NCBI GenBank assembly: GCA_023250385.1
Contig: JAHFAU010000002.1
Span: 1-38,607 of the forward strand
Length of the DNA: 38,607 bases
Origin: Anaerolineales bacterium
GTDB lineage: Bacteria > Chloroflexota > Anaerolineae > Anaerolineales > E44-bin32
Direction of reading: 5' to 3'
Both the position numbers and the translations under genes were made by a program. The first letter of the stretch is position 1. Each line of letters starts with the position of its first letter. The notes beneath the pieces are model-generated. The model searched no databases. It saw only the letters and a list, made by a program, of their open reading frames with translations, and had not been told where the DNA came from. Shown one piece after another: positions 26,993-34,195 of this stretch.

Positions 26993-28568
26993 GGGTTGCC
27001 TCCGAATTGCATTCGCCACTGCCGGCCTTCGAGTTCAATCACTGCTGCTAGCTCTGGCTGCGCTGATAGTCACCTTCCTGCTGCGAGCCGCTATTTCAAC
27101 CGGATATCTAGCCTACCACGCGTGGGCCCGGGCCCAGCCACTCCGTGGTCCGGCTCAAACTCTGCAACTGCCTGCATCGCTTGGCTCCTTTGCGCTGCCC
27201 CACCTGGTCGATCCATTCGGAGTGTTGGCAGCCGGATTGTATGTCGAGGCCGGCCCGCCGGCCTTCTTATTCCTGGGGGCCGGGCTGCTGATAGTCGCGG
27301 TGCTCGCCCGCCAGCTGACTTGGGCGGCCGAACCCAACCGACAACAAGCCAGGGCCTACGGCCAGCTCGAGCAACTGAGCCGCGCGATTCTTAACACCCC
27401 GCCCGGGCCTGATCGAATCCCGCTCCTGCTCGAAGCACATCTGGCTGGGATGTTTCCGTCCGGGCCCTTAGCAGTTTGGCGCTTTCCAGATCAATTCTTC
27501 TACAAGCAGCCGGACAACTGGAACCCCGGCCTCGAGCCGATCTGGACCTGGCTGTGCAGTGAATTCGAGGGACGCGAAATCCTTCCGGGCGAACCCCTGC
27601 CGTGGAATGGCGCTCGCGATCACCATAGACCGATCCTTGTCGCACCTATCTGCGGCCCGAATGACACCCAGCCAATCGGAGGGATCTATCTAAAGCTCCG
27701 AGCCGATCAGCCATGGGACCGGGCCTCGGTCCGTAACCTGGTAGAGCCGGCAGAGGCTCTCGCCTCTTTGATCGCCTCTGCGCTGGATCAGGCTGCAGCC
27801 TACGACAACCGACTGGAGTTCGAGCGCGTGTCGCATGAACTGCGACTGGCAGGTGAGATCCAGTCCGGTTTGATCCCCTTTGACATCCCCCGCATCCCGG
27901 GTTGGCAGCTGGCCGTAACACTGAATCCGGCGGGGGAAACCTCCGGAGACTTCTTCGATATCATCCCACTGCCGGAAGGCAGGATTGGGTTGGTCATCGC
28001 GGATGTCGTCGACAAGGGCATTGGAGCCGCGCTCTATATGATCCTCAGCCGGACCTTGCTGCGGACCTATGCGGTCGAGGCGGATTCCGACCCCGCGCTG
28101 GTCTTCTTCGCCACCAATGCCAGAATGATTGCGGATACTACATCCAATCTCTTTGTCACCGCATTCTATGGAGTGCTGGATCCGGCAACCGGGAAACTGT
28201 CCTACAGCAATGCCGGGCATAATCCGCCCTATGTCCTCCGGTCCAGTGAGAAGATCATCATTCAGGAGCTCATTCGAACGGGTCTTCCGATCGGTGTCCA
28301 GGCGGGGGCCAGCTGGTCGAAGGCTTCGGTCCAAATCGAACCCGGAGATCGGTTAATCCTGTATACGGACGGAGTCCCAGACGCCCGAAACCCAAGCGGC
28401 CAAGGCTTGTCCATCCAACCGATCTTGGAGGTCGCAAAACAAAACCTCGGCCTCACGGCCGAGGACCTTCAATCCAAGTTGTTGGGGGAGATCTCTGCCT
28501 TCGTAGCCGGTGCGGCTCAGACCGATGATATCACTCTGATGGTGCTGGCGCGCGACCTTCCCGGTTAG
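26991..28568 (+). CDS. Membrane-associated PP2C-type phosphatase (SpoIIE/RsbU family) with N-terminal TM region and GAF-like sensor
   Basis: GETSGDFFDIIPLPEGRIGLVIADVVDKGIGAALYM...FVTAFYGVLD...YSNAGHNPPY...LILYTDGVPDA...QTDDITLMVLA are SpoIIE-domain motifs. The start is uncertain: ATG 26991 overlaps the divergent AKR start by 2 nt, and a downstream non-ATG start is possible. Confidence 0.8.
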   Translation: MGCLRIAFATAGLRVQSLLLALAALIVTFLLRAAISTGYLAYHAWARAQPLRGPAQTLQLPASLGSFALPHLVDPFGVLAAGLYVEAGPPAFLFLGAGLLIVAVLARQLTWAAEPNRQQARAYGQLEQLSRAILNTPPGPDRIPLLLEAHLAGMFPSGPLAVWRFPDQFFYKQPDNWNPGLEPIWTWLCSEFEGREILPGEPLPWNGARDHHRPILVAPICGPNDTQPIGGIYLKLRADQPWDRASVRNLVEPAEALASLIASALDQAAAYDNRLEFERVSHELRLAGEIQSGLIPFDIPRIPGWQLAVTLNPAGETSGDFFDIIPLPEGRIGLVIADVVDKGIGAALYMILSRTLLRTYAVEADSDPALVFFATNARMIADTTSNLFVTAFYGVLDPATGKLSYSNAGHNPPYVLRSSEKIIIQELIRTGLPIGVQAGASWSKASVQIEPGDRLILYTDGVPDARNPSGQGLSIQPILEVAKQNLGLTAEDLQSKLLGEISAFVAGAAQTDDITLMVLARDLPG

Positions 28569-28972
28569 CGGCTCTTGCGCATCGTCAGCCGATTGCCGTT
28601 GCCGGGGATCGGCTCAAACTGGACCTCGTCCATTGATCCGCGGATCAGCCGCAGCCCCGCCCCCCGCGGGTTCAATTCCTCCAGAGGGACCTCGAAATCA
28701 GCTTCCGGCACGCTGGAGGGATCGAACGGCCGGCTCCAATCGAGCAGGACAACTGTCACTCCGCCATCATCCGCTTCGATCGAGCATTCGATCTGTCCAT
28801 CGCCTTCCCCGCCGTAACCGTGCTCGATGATGTTGGTGCAAGCTTCATTGGTGGCCAATTCCACTGCGTACGCCGCAGAGTCGTCCAACCCCGCCCGCTT
28901 TGCAGTGCTTGAGACGAACTCGCAGATTCGTCCCAGGTTCTCGTATCGAGCCTCGAACGTCGCCTTCGGCAT
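28565..28972 (-). CDS. Anti-sigma regulatory factor, Ser/Thr kinase (RsbW/SpoIIAB-like HATPase_c)
   Basis: LATNEACTNIIEHGYGG (N-box) and GAGLRLIRGSMDEV (G-box-like), in a 135-aa protein directly downstream of a STAS protein. Confidence 0.8.
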   Translation of the reverse strand: MPKATFEARYENLGRICEFVSSTAKRAGLDDSAAYAVELATNEACTNIIEHGYGGEGDGQIECSIEADDGGVTVVLLDWSRPFDPSSVPEADFEVPLEELNPRGAGLRLIRGSMDEVQFEPIPGNGNRLTMRKSR

Positions 28973-28991
28973 GACGCGTCAGCACTCAATT

Positions 28992-29324
28992 TCAGAAACC
29001 AGCTACCGCAGTGTCGACCCCGTCAAAGATCTTCATGAAATGCATCAATCCGGCTAGATCGAGGGTCTTCTTTATGTTGTCGCTCGGGTTTGCGAGCACC
29101 AGGTCCCCCTTGCTGCGGCGGCGAGCTCGCTTTTGGGTTTCCAGTAAGACCCACACCCCGCTACTGGATAAGAACTCGACCTCGCTCATGTCGAAGACCA
29201 GTTTATTGCGCCCGTCATTCAGCAAGACGTCAAAGGCGTCTTTCAGCTCGGGCGACGAGTGGCTGTCGATCCGCCCGGCAGCCTTCACCACGTCCACCTT
29301 CTCCATCCGGATTGTCTCAACCAT
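28992..29324 (-). CDS. STAS-domain anti-sigma-factor antagonist (RsbV/SpoIIAA-like)
   Basis: KLVFDMSEVEFLSSSGVWVLLETQKRARRRSKGDLVLANPSDNIKKTLDLAGLMHFMKIFD shows the STAS pattern with the phosphorylatable Ser in D-x-S-x-V-x-F-x-(S/D)-S-x-G. ATG 29324 is preceded by GGGAGGAG. Confidence 0.8.
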   Translation of the reverse strand: MVETIRMEKVDVVKAAGRIDSHSSPELKDAFDVLLNDGRNKLVFDMSEVEFLSSSGVWVLLETQKRARRRSKGDLVLANPSDNIKKTLDLAGLMHFMKIFDGVDTAVAGF

Positions 29325-29365
29325 CGCTCCTCCCAAGTTCCCTGGATCGGCCGAAGTTTATCATG

Positions 29366-30268
29366 TCACCCAATGAGCAGCGCGTCGACCGCCAACGCCA
29401 GAAAGATTCCTCCAAGATACAGGCTCGAGTAGCGATACATCCTCCAGGCGAATCGATTACCGCCTCGCCGCTGCAAGATCAAGGCATGGCGGATCAATCC
29501 GAGCCCCAGCAATACCGCCGCCAGCAAGAAGAACCCACCGCCCAGCCCTACCAGCGGGAGCAGGATCGTTAGAGCAACCACCTGCAGACTGTAGAGCAGT
29601 ATCTGGCGCCGGGTCTCCACCTCCCCCGAGACGACCGGCAGCATAGGAATCCCGGCCCGGGCGTAATCTGACCGCTTAAGCAGCGCCAGGGCCCAGAAGT
29701 GGGGCGGGGTCCAGAAGAAGATCACCGCGAACAGAAAGAACGCCGGCAGGCTGAGGGAACCGGCGGCTGCTGCCCATCCGACCAACGGGGGAATCGCGCC
29801 CGCTCCTCCACCGACCACGATGTTCTGCGGGGTGCTCGGTTTGAGCAGGACGCTGTAGAGCAGGGCGTAATAGATGATCCCGGCCAGGGCGAGGATCGAG
29901 CTGAGCGGGTTCACGCCAATTGCCAGGACCGCCAGGCCGGCCACACACAGCGCCAGGCCGAAGAGCAGGCCCTGCATCGGCCTGAGCCGATGGTCAGCAA
30001 GGGCACGACCCATGGTGCGAACCATCCTGCGATCGATGCCCCGGTCGATGTACTGATTGAGAGCCCCCGCCCCTCCGGCGGTGAGCCCGCCTCCGAGCAG
30101 GGTCAATGCCACCGTTGGCAGCGGGGGAATTCCACCAATTGCGACCACCATCCCGCAAAAGGTCGTCAACAGCAGCAACGCGACGATCGCCGGCTTCGTG
30201 AGCGAGAGGTAGTCTACCAATCGGATGAACGCGCGGGAGGCTTGCGACTGCGTCAGACCGCTGGTCAT
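29366..30268 (-). CDS. ctaB: Protoheme IX farnesyltransferase (heme O synthase)
   Basis: UbiA-family motifs NQYIDRGIDRRM and LYSVLLKPSTPQNIVVGGGAGAIPPLVGW, plus FFWTPPHFWALAL. The ATG overlaps the subunit I stop (ATGA). Confidence 0.9.
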   Translation of the reverse strand: MTSGLTQSQASRAFIRLVDYLSLTKPAIVALLLLTTFCGMVVAIGGIPPLPTVALTLLGGGLTAGGAGALNQYIDRGIDRRMVRTMGRALADHRLRPMQGLLFGLALCVAGLAVLAIGVNPLSSILALAGIIYYALLYSVLLKPSTPQNIVVGGGAGAIPPLVGWAAAAGSLSLPAFFLFAVIFFWTPPHFWALALLKRSDYARAGIPMLPVVSGEVETRRQILLYSLQVVALTILLPLVGLGGGFFLLAAVLLGLGLIRHALILQRRGGNRFAWRMYRYSSLYLGGIFLALAVDALLIG

Positions 30269-31725
30269 GGGATTGACTCGGGCAGGATCCCTTGGGTTGC
30301 CCGGCCGGTCCGCCAGGCGAAAAACATGTTGTAAAGAAACAACAAGGATGCGCCGGCCAATATCAGCGCCCCTCCGCTGGAAGCCAGCTGGAACAGATTG
30401 ACTTCAGGGCCGAATTCAAAGACCCGGCGTGGGATGCCCTGCAGCCCGATTAGGAGCATCGGCAGGAAGGCCAAGTGCGCACCTCCGGCGTGGGCGAGGA
30501 AATGGAGCTTCCCGAGGTTTTCATCGTAGTCTTTGCCGGTGAAGCTCGGAAAGACGTAATAGATACCGGCAAACAACCCCGACATCACCCCGCCGAAGAG
30601 GGCGAGATGCGAATGGCCCGAGACAAAGTAGCTGCCGTGCAATTGAAGGTTGGCGGGAACCGAGGCAAGTACCAGTCCACTGAGGCCGGCCAGCAAGAGC
30701 ATCGAAATGAATCCGAGTGAGAAAAGCATCGGCGTGCTGAACCGGACCTGGCTAAGCCAGAGGGTGGTCAACCAAGCCAGGCCGATGAAAGCCAGCGGGA
30801 CGGCGACCGCCATTGAAGTCAGCATGAACGAGACCCGGACGGTCGGGATCAATCCGCTGGCGAACATATGTTGACCCCAGGAGACCAGGCCCAATCCGCC
30901 AACTGCCAGCATGGCAAGGCTGACCGAGCGCCTGGCCACAAGTGGCCGGCCGGTGTTGGCCTGAATGATCTCGGACACCGTCCCGATCGCCGGCAAGAGC
31001 ATGACGGTCATTGCTGGATGCGCGAAGAACCAGAAAGCGTTCTGCCACAGGGTCAGCCCAAGCGAGCTGGCGAGAAAACTTGGCCCGCCGACCAGCCGGT
31101 CCACCAGCAGCGCGCTCAGAGCCGCCAGCAAGACCGGGACCGAGATCAGCGCCAGCGCCGAGCTAATCAGGCTGGCAATCGCGAATTGTGAGAGGCCGGG
31201 TGAAGCGGTCCGCTGTGCCTGAAGAATGGTCGCCAGAAATGAGGTCGCATTACAGCCGAGGGAGAGAACGAGCACGATCAGGCCGGCAACCCACACGGTC
31301 TGGCCTGCGCCACCCGCCTGGGCGGAGAGCGGGACAGAAGCAGTCCAGCCGGAGGAGGCTCCGCCGAGGAAGAAACTGGCCAGCATGAGCAGTCCGCCGG
31401 GCGGCAGCAGCCAGAAACCCAACCCGCTCACCCGGGGCAATGCGCTCCGGGTCACACCGAGCACCCGCCCCAACAGCGCATGGGTGAGGCCGGCAACTGC
31501 GGGCATCAGCCAGAGGAAGATCATGATTGAGCCGTGGTTGGTGAAGGCCCGGGAATAAGCCTCCGCGCCCAGCAGCTCCACTCCAGGCAGACTGGCCTCG
31601 GCCGTCATCCCGAGCGCCAGAGCGCCGCCGAGCAGGAAGAAGACGAAGCTGGTGACCAGGAACTGCACAGCCAGCACCGCCGGATCCGTAGACGGACGAA
31701 GATAGCTGCGGCCGGATCCGCTCAT
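30265..31725 (-). CDS. Heme-copper oxidase superfamily subunit I homologue with non-canonical active site
   Basis: Roughly 12-TM protein. Matches to canonical landmarks:
- FTNHGSIMIFLWLMP: helix II His.
- WQNAFWFFAHPAMTVMLLP versus canonical WFFGHPEVY.
- VSWGQHMFASG versus WAHHMF.
- VSGHSHLALFGG versus HFH.
- GIPRR versus GMPRR.
I placed the start at ATG 31725, 2 nt after the subunit II stop. Confidence 0.8.
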   Translation of the reverse strand: MSGSGRSYLRPSTDPAVLAVQFLVTSFVFFLLGGALALGMTAEASLPGVELLGAEAYSRAFTNHGSIMIFLWLMPAVAGLTHALLGRVLGVTRSALPRVSGLGFWLLPPGGLLMLASFFLGGASSGWTASVPLSAQAGGAGQTVWVAGLIVLVLSLGCNATSFLATILQAQRTASPGLSQFAIASLISSALALISVPVLLAALSALLVDRLVGGPSFLASSLGLTLWQNAFWFFAHPAMTVMLLPAIGTVSEIIQANTGRPLVARRSVSLAMLAVGGLGLVSWGQHMFASGLIPTVRVSFMLTSMAVAVPLAFIGLAWLTTLWLSQVRFSTPMLFSLGFISMLLLAGLSGLVLASVPANLQLHGSYFVSGHSHLALFGGVMSGLFAGIYYVFPSFTGKDYDENLGKLHFLAHAGGAHLAFLPMLLIGLQGIPRRVFEFGPEVNLFQLASSGGALILAGASLLFLYNMFFAWRTGRATQGILPESIP

Positions 31726-31727
31726 GA

Positions 31728-32426
31728 TCACTCTCCGCCCCCAGATTGCAACCACTGCTCGAAACTGGCCGGGTCCTCAACCTGCACCGTTGCGATCATT
31801 CCGGTGTGACCCGGGCCGCAAAACTCGGCGCAGACGGCCTCGTACTCCCCGGTCCGCAGTTGAGTCAACGCTAGGGAAGTCACCCGATCCGGCAGGGCGT
31901 CTACCTTACCTCCGAAGGCCGGAACCCAGAAGGAGTGGATCACATCTTTGGATCTGAACTCTAGCACGACCGCACGTCCCGCCGGCAGATGCAGTTCGTT
32001 GGCGATAACGCCGCTCTCCGGGTAGCGGAACTCCCACTGATACTGGCTGGCCGTGATTTCGACCTGCAGCGGATCGGGCCCGGACGCTTCCATCAGCAGC
32101 AGGACTCGGATCGAGTACACGCTGAGCGCAAGCACAATGGCGGCCGGTACCGCGAGCCACAACAATTCCAGGGACGAGTTCGAATTCCCAATGGCCACCG
32201 GGGACTGGAAAAGCCGTCCGCGTATTGCCGCAAAAACGAGCAACCCCTCCACTCCCAGAAACACTGCAGTTGCAAGCCCGAAGAAGACTCGGAGCAGCTG
32301 GTCGACCAGAACAGCGCGATCGCTGGCAGCTTGTGGCAAGGGGCGCACGAAGCTGGCAACCGCCACGCCGACTCCGATCAGGAGCAGGACCAGAATCGTT
32401 ACGGCAAGGATGTTTCGTTCACGCAT
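31728..32426 (-). CDS. coxB: Cytochrome oxidase subunit II with intact CuA site
   Basis: Two N-terminal TM helices, then a cupredoxin domain with DVIHSFWVPAFGGKVDALP and CAEFCGPGHTGM (H...C-x-E-x-C-x3-H-x2-M CuA ligands). Confidence 0.9.
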   Translation of the reverse strand: MRERNILAVTILVLLLIGVGVAVASFVRPLPQAASDRAVLVDQLLRVFFGLATAVFLGVEGLLVFAAIRGRLFQSPVAIGNSNSSLELLWLAVPAAIVLALSVYSIRVLLLMEASGPDPLQVEITASQYQWEFRYPESGVIANELHLPAGRAVVLEFRSKDVIHSFWVPAFGGKVDALPDRVTSLALTQLRTGEYEAVCAEFCGPGHTGMIATVQVEDPASFEQWLQSGGGE

Positions 32427-32448
32427 CGTTGGGGAGACGGCGGCTGGA

Positions 32449-32457
32449 AGTTTATCA
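32449..32457 (-). promoter_or_regulatory. Candidate extended -10 promoter (TGaTAAACT) for coxII-coxI-ctaB
   Basis: The minus strand reads caccgaTGATAAACTtccagccgccgtctccccaacgATG. The element ends 22 nt upstream of the coxII ATG. There is no clear -35 or Shine-Dalgarno sequence. Confidence 0.3.
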
Positions 32458-32552
32458 TCGGTGTTGGCAGCGGCCTGGGTTGGCGTAGACTGATTCCTTG
32501 CGCTCTCGGACCGACCGGCTTAGACTCGTGCTGCATCCGGAGGAAAATGCAT

Positions 32553-32957
32553 ATGACTACCCGTCACCAGATTTACGTCGTAGCAATTCTCGTGCTCGCG
32601 AGTGGACTTGCGGCCTGTGGCGGCCCGAAGACCGCGGAGCTGGCGATGTCCATGTCGGAGTTTTCTTTCTCACCCGCCAGCGCCACTGTGCCGGCAGGGG
32701 CCGAAGTCACCCTCACCGTGACCAACAGCGGCACGATCGAACACAACTGGGTGCTGCTGGATGCCGGTTACCAAGCCTCGGCCCCATTCGACGCAACTGA
32801 CCAGGCGTATGTTGTTACCGAGACCAAGGTTCCGGCAGGCGAAGTCCAGACCTTCACCTTCACCGCGCCATCGAAGGCAGGGTCATACCAAATCGTCTGC
32901 AGCGTCCCTGGCCACTTGGAGGCCGGCATGAAGGCCACCCTGACCGTTGGCGGCTAA
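32553..32957 (+). CDS. Type-1 (blue) copper cupredoxin lipoprotein
   Basis: The signal peptide carries the lipobox LAAC (MTTRHQIYVVAILVLASGLAACGG). The T1Cu ligands are H in GTIEHNW and C-x4-H-x4-M in IVCSVPGHLEAGM. GGAGGA lies 8 nt before ATG 32553; an alternative ATG is at 32547. The gene is divergent from coxII. The upstream part of track ORF 31989..32957 is antisense shadow. Confidence 0.85.
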   Translation: MTTRHQIYVVAILVLASGLAACGGPKTAELAMSMSEFSFSPASATVPAGAEVTLTVTNSGTIEHNWVLLDAGYQASAPFDATDQAYVVTETKVPAGEVQTFTFTAPSKAGSYQIVCSVPGHLEAGMKATLTVGG

Positions 32958-33524
32958 AGCAGGCGAAGTGGCCCGATTGCCCTCTGCTCGCCACATCTGG
33001 CGCAGACCCTTGTACTTGCGGCGGAACTCGGCCGGGTCCTGCTGAATGGTCTCGGTGGAAAACTGAGGGAGCAACTCGGCCAGCAGGCGATCCAGCTCGC
33101 TGAACTGAATCCATCCCTGGCGTAGAAAAACTAACACGACCATGTAATCCGGCTCATCGCCCCTTGCGATGAGCCGGATCGCGGTACTGTACGGGTCGAA
33201 ATGATATAGCTTGAGCAGCGCTGGCGAACTGCGCCCCGCGATCTCCCAACCCTGAGCGCGTCGTTCGTGCCCCTCAGGGAGCGGGACAACTTCCGCGGGT
33301 GACTCACACAGGATGCGCAATTGGCGCTGAGCCGCCACATGCTCGATCGATTGTTGCAGCTCGGTGAGATCAGCGGCTTGCGCCATGTACACCAATTGAT
33401 CCGTCCATTCCCGCCAGCCCTCGACCACCAGTGAGCTCTCGCCGACCAGATAGAGCCGGGCCGGCGAGGTCAGCCGGTCGTCCAGGGCCGCCACAAATTC
33501 GTAGATCGCCGGTCTTGTGATCAC
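32883..33524 (-). CDS. Hypothetical protein (possibly a degenerate nucleotidyltransferase-fold / DUF6036-like protein)
   Basis: GTG 33524..33522 overlaps the stop of the upstream FGE-like gene (GTGA). LYLVGESSLVVEGWREWTDQLVY and AIRLIARGDEPDYMVVLVFL weakly resemble NTase-fold proteins. The last 75 nt overlap the convergent cupredoxin gene. Confidence 0.45.
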   Translation of the reverse strand: MITRPAIYEFVAALDDRLTSPARLYLVGESSLVVEGWREWTDQLVYMAQAADLTELQQSIEHVAAQRQLRILCESPAEVVPLPEGHERRAQGWEIAGRSSPALLKLYHFDPYSTAIRLIARGDEPDYMVVLVFLRQGWIQFSELDRLLAELLPQFSTETIQQDPAEFRRKYKGLRQMWRAEGNRATSPALAANGQGGLHAGLQVARDAADDLV

Positions 33525-34195
33525 TTTGGCCAGCCATCCCAGGCGCAGCGGAACCCGATCGCCGTGTTGCGAAACGCCGGCCCAAAATAGACCCGGGCCG
33601 CAGCCCGCGCATCCTTGAAGCCTTTGTAATCCCACGAGCCGCCCTTCAACACCCTCCAGTCCGCACCGAGTTCGTAGAGAGAGCTCGTCCACTCCCATAC
33701 ATTTCCGGCCATATCCATCACACCGTAAGGCGAGGCGCCTCCCGGGTGAGCGTCTACCGGCCGCGTGCCGGCGCTCTTCGATTCGCTGGAGTTGCAATTC
33801 TCTGGCACGAATTCATTTCCCCACGGATACAGCCAACCCTGCGAGCCTCGGGCTGACTTCTCCCATTCGGCCTCGCTGGGCAGCCGAGCGCCAGCCCAGT
33901 TCGTATAGGCCGCGGCATCTTCCCAGCTGACGTTGACTACCGGGTGCCTGGCGGCATCGAGCGGAAACTTGCCCCCAGGCCATTTGGGGGGCCGATGGCC
34001 GGTTGCCTCGACGAAACGTGCATATTCCACATTCGTAGTCGGAAATTTGGCAATCGAGAACTCATCCAGTTCGACGGCCTCCATGTCCTTCCCCATCAGG
34101 AATCCTCCGGCCGGGATCCGGATGATTTCCGCCGGGTCGTGAGCTCGAGGGTGGAGGGCTACTTGTACCGTCGCTTGGGCGTCTTTTCTTTCCAA
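33521..34195 (-). CDS. FGE/SUMF1-fold (formylglycine-generating-enzyme family) protein lacking the catalytic Cys pair
   Basis: Motifs: IPAGGFLMGKD, HPVVNVSWEDAAAYTNWAGARLPSEAEWEKSARG, YPWGNEF, SPYGVMDMAGNVWEWTSS, RVLKGGSW...NTAIGFRCA. There is no signal peptide. The start is uncertain; TTG 34195 overlaps the upstream gene by 37 nt. Confidence 0.8.
   Translation of the reverse strand: MERKDAQATVQVALHPRAHDPAEIIRIPAGGFLMGKDMEAVELDEFSIAKFPTTNVEYARFVEATGHRPPKWPGGKFPLDAARHPVVNVSWEDAAAYTNWAGARLPSEAEWEKSARGSQGWLYPWGNEFVPENCNSSESKSAGTRPVDAHPGGASPYGVMDMAGNVWEWTSSLYELGADWRVLKGGSWDYKGFKDARAAARVYFGPAFRNTAIGFRCAWDGWPK

Noticed and set aside
30871-30873. The possibility that the Gln (CAA) replacing the CuB His is merely a single-base error of CAC/CAT.
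   Set aside because: I did not accept this as the sole explanation. The same protein also lacks the Tyr, the D-channel Glu/Asp/Asn and the K-channel Lys, which indicates genuine family-level divergence. It still needs read-level confirmation, as flagged in the finding.
31989-32546. Upstream 186 codons of the track ORF 31989..32957, which would make a 322-aa protein ending in the cupredoxin.
   Set aside because: This part is antisense to coxII and has shadow-ORF composition. The real gene begins at the signal peptide/lipobox after the GGAGGA Shine-Dalgarno sequence (ATG 32553).
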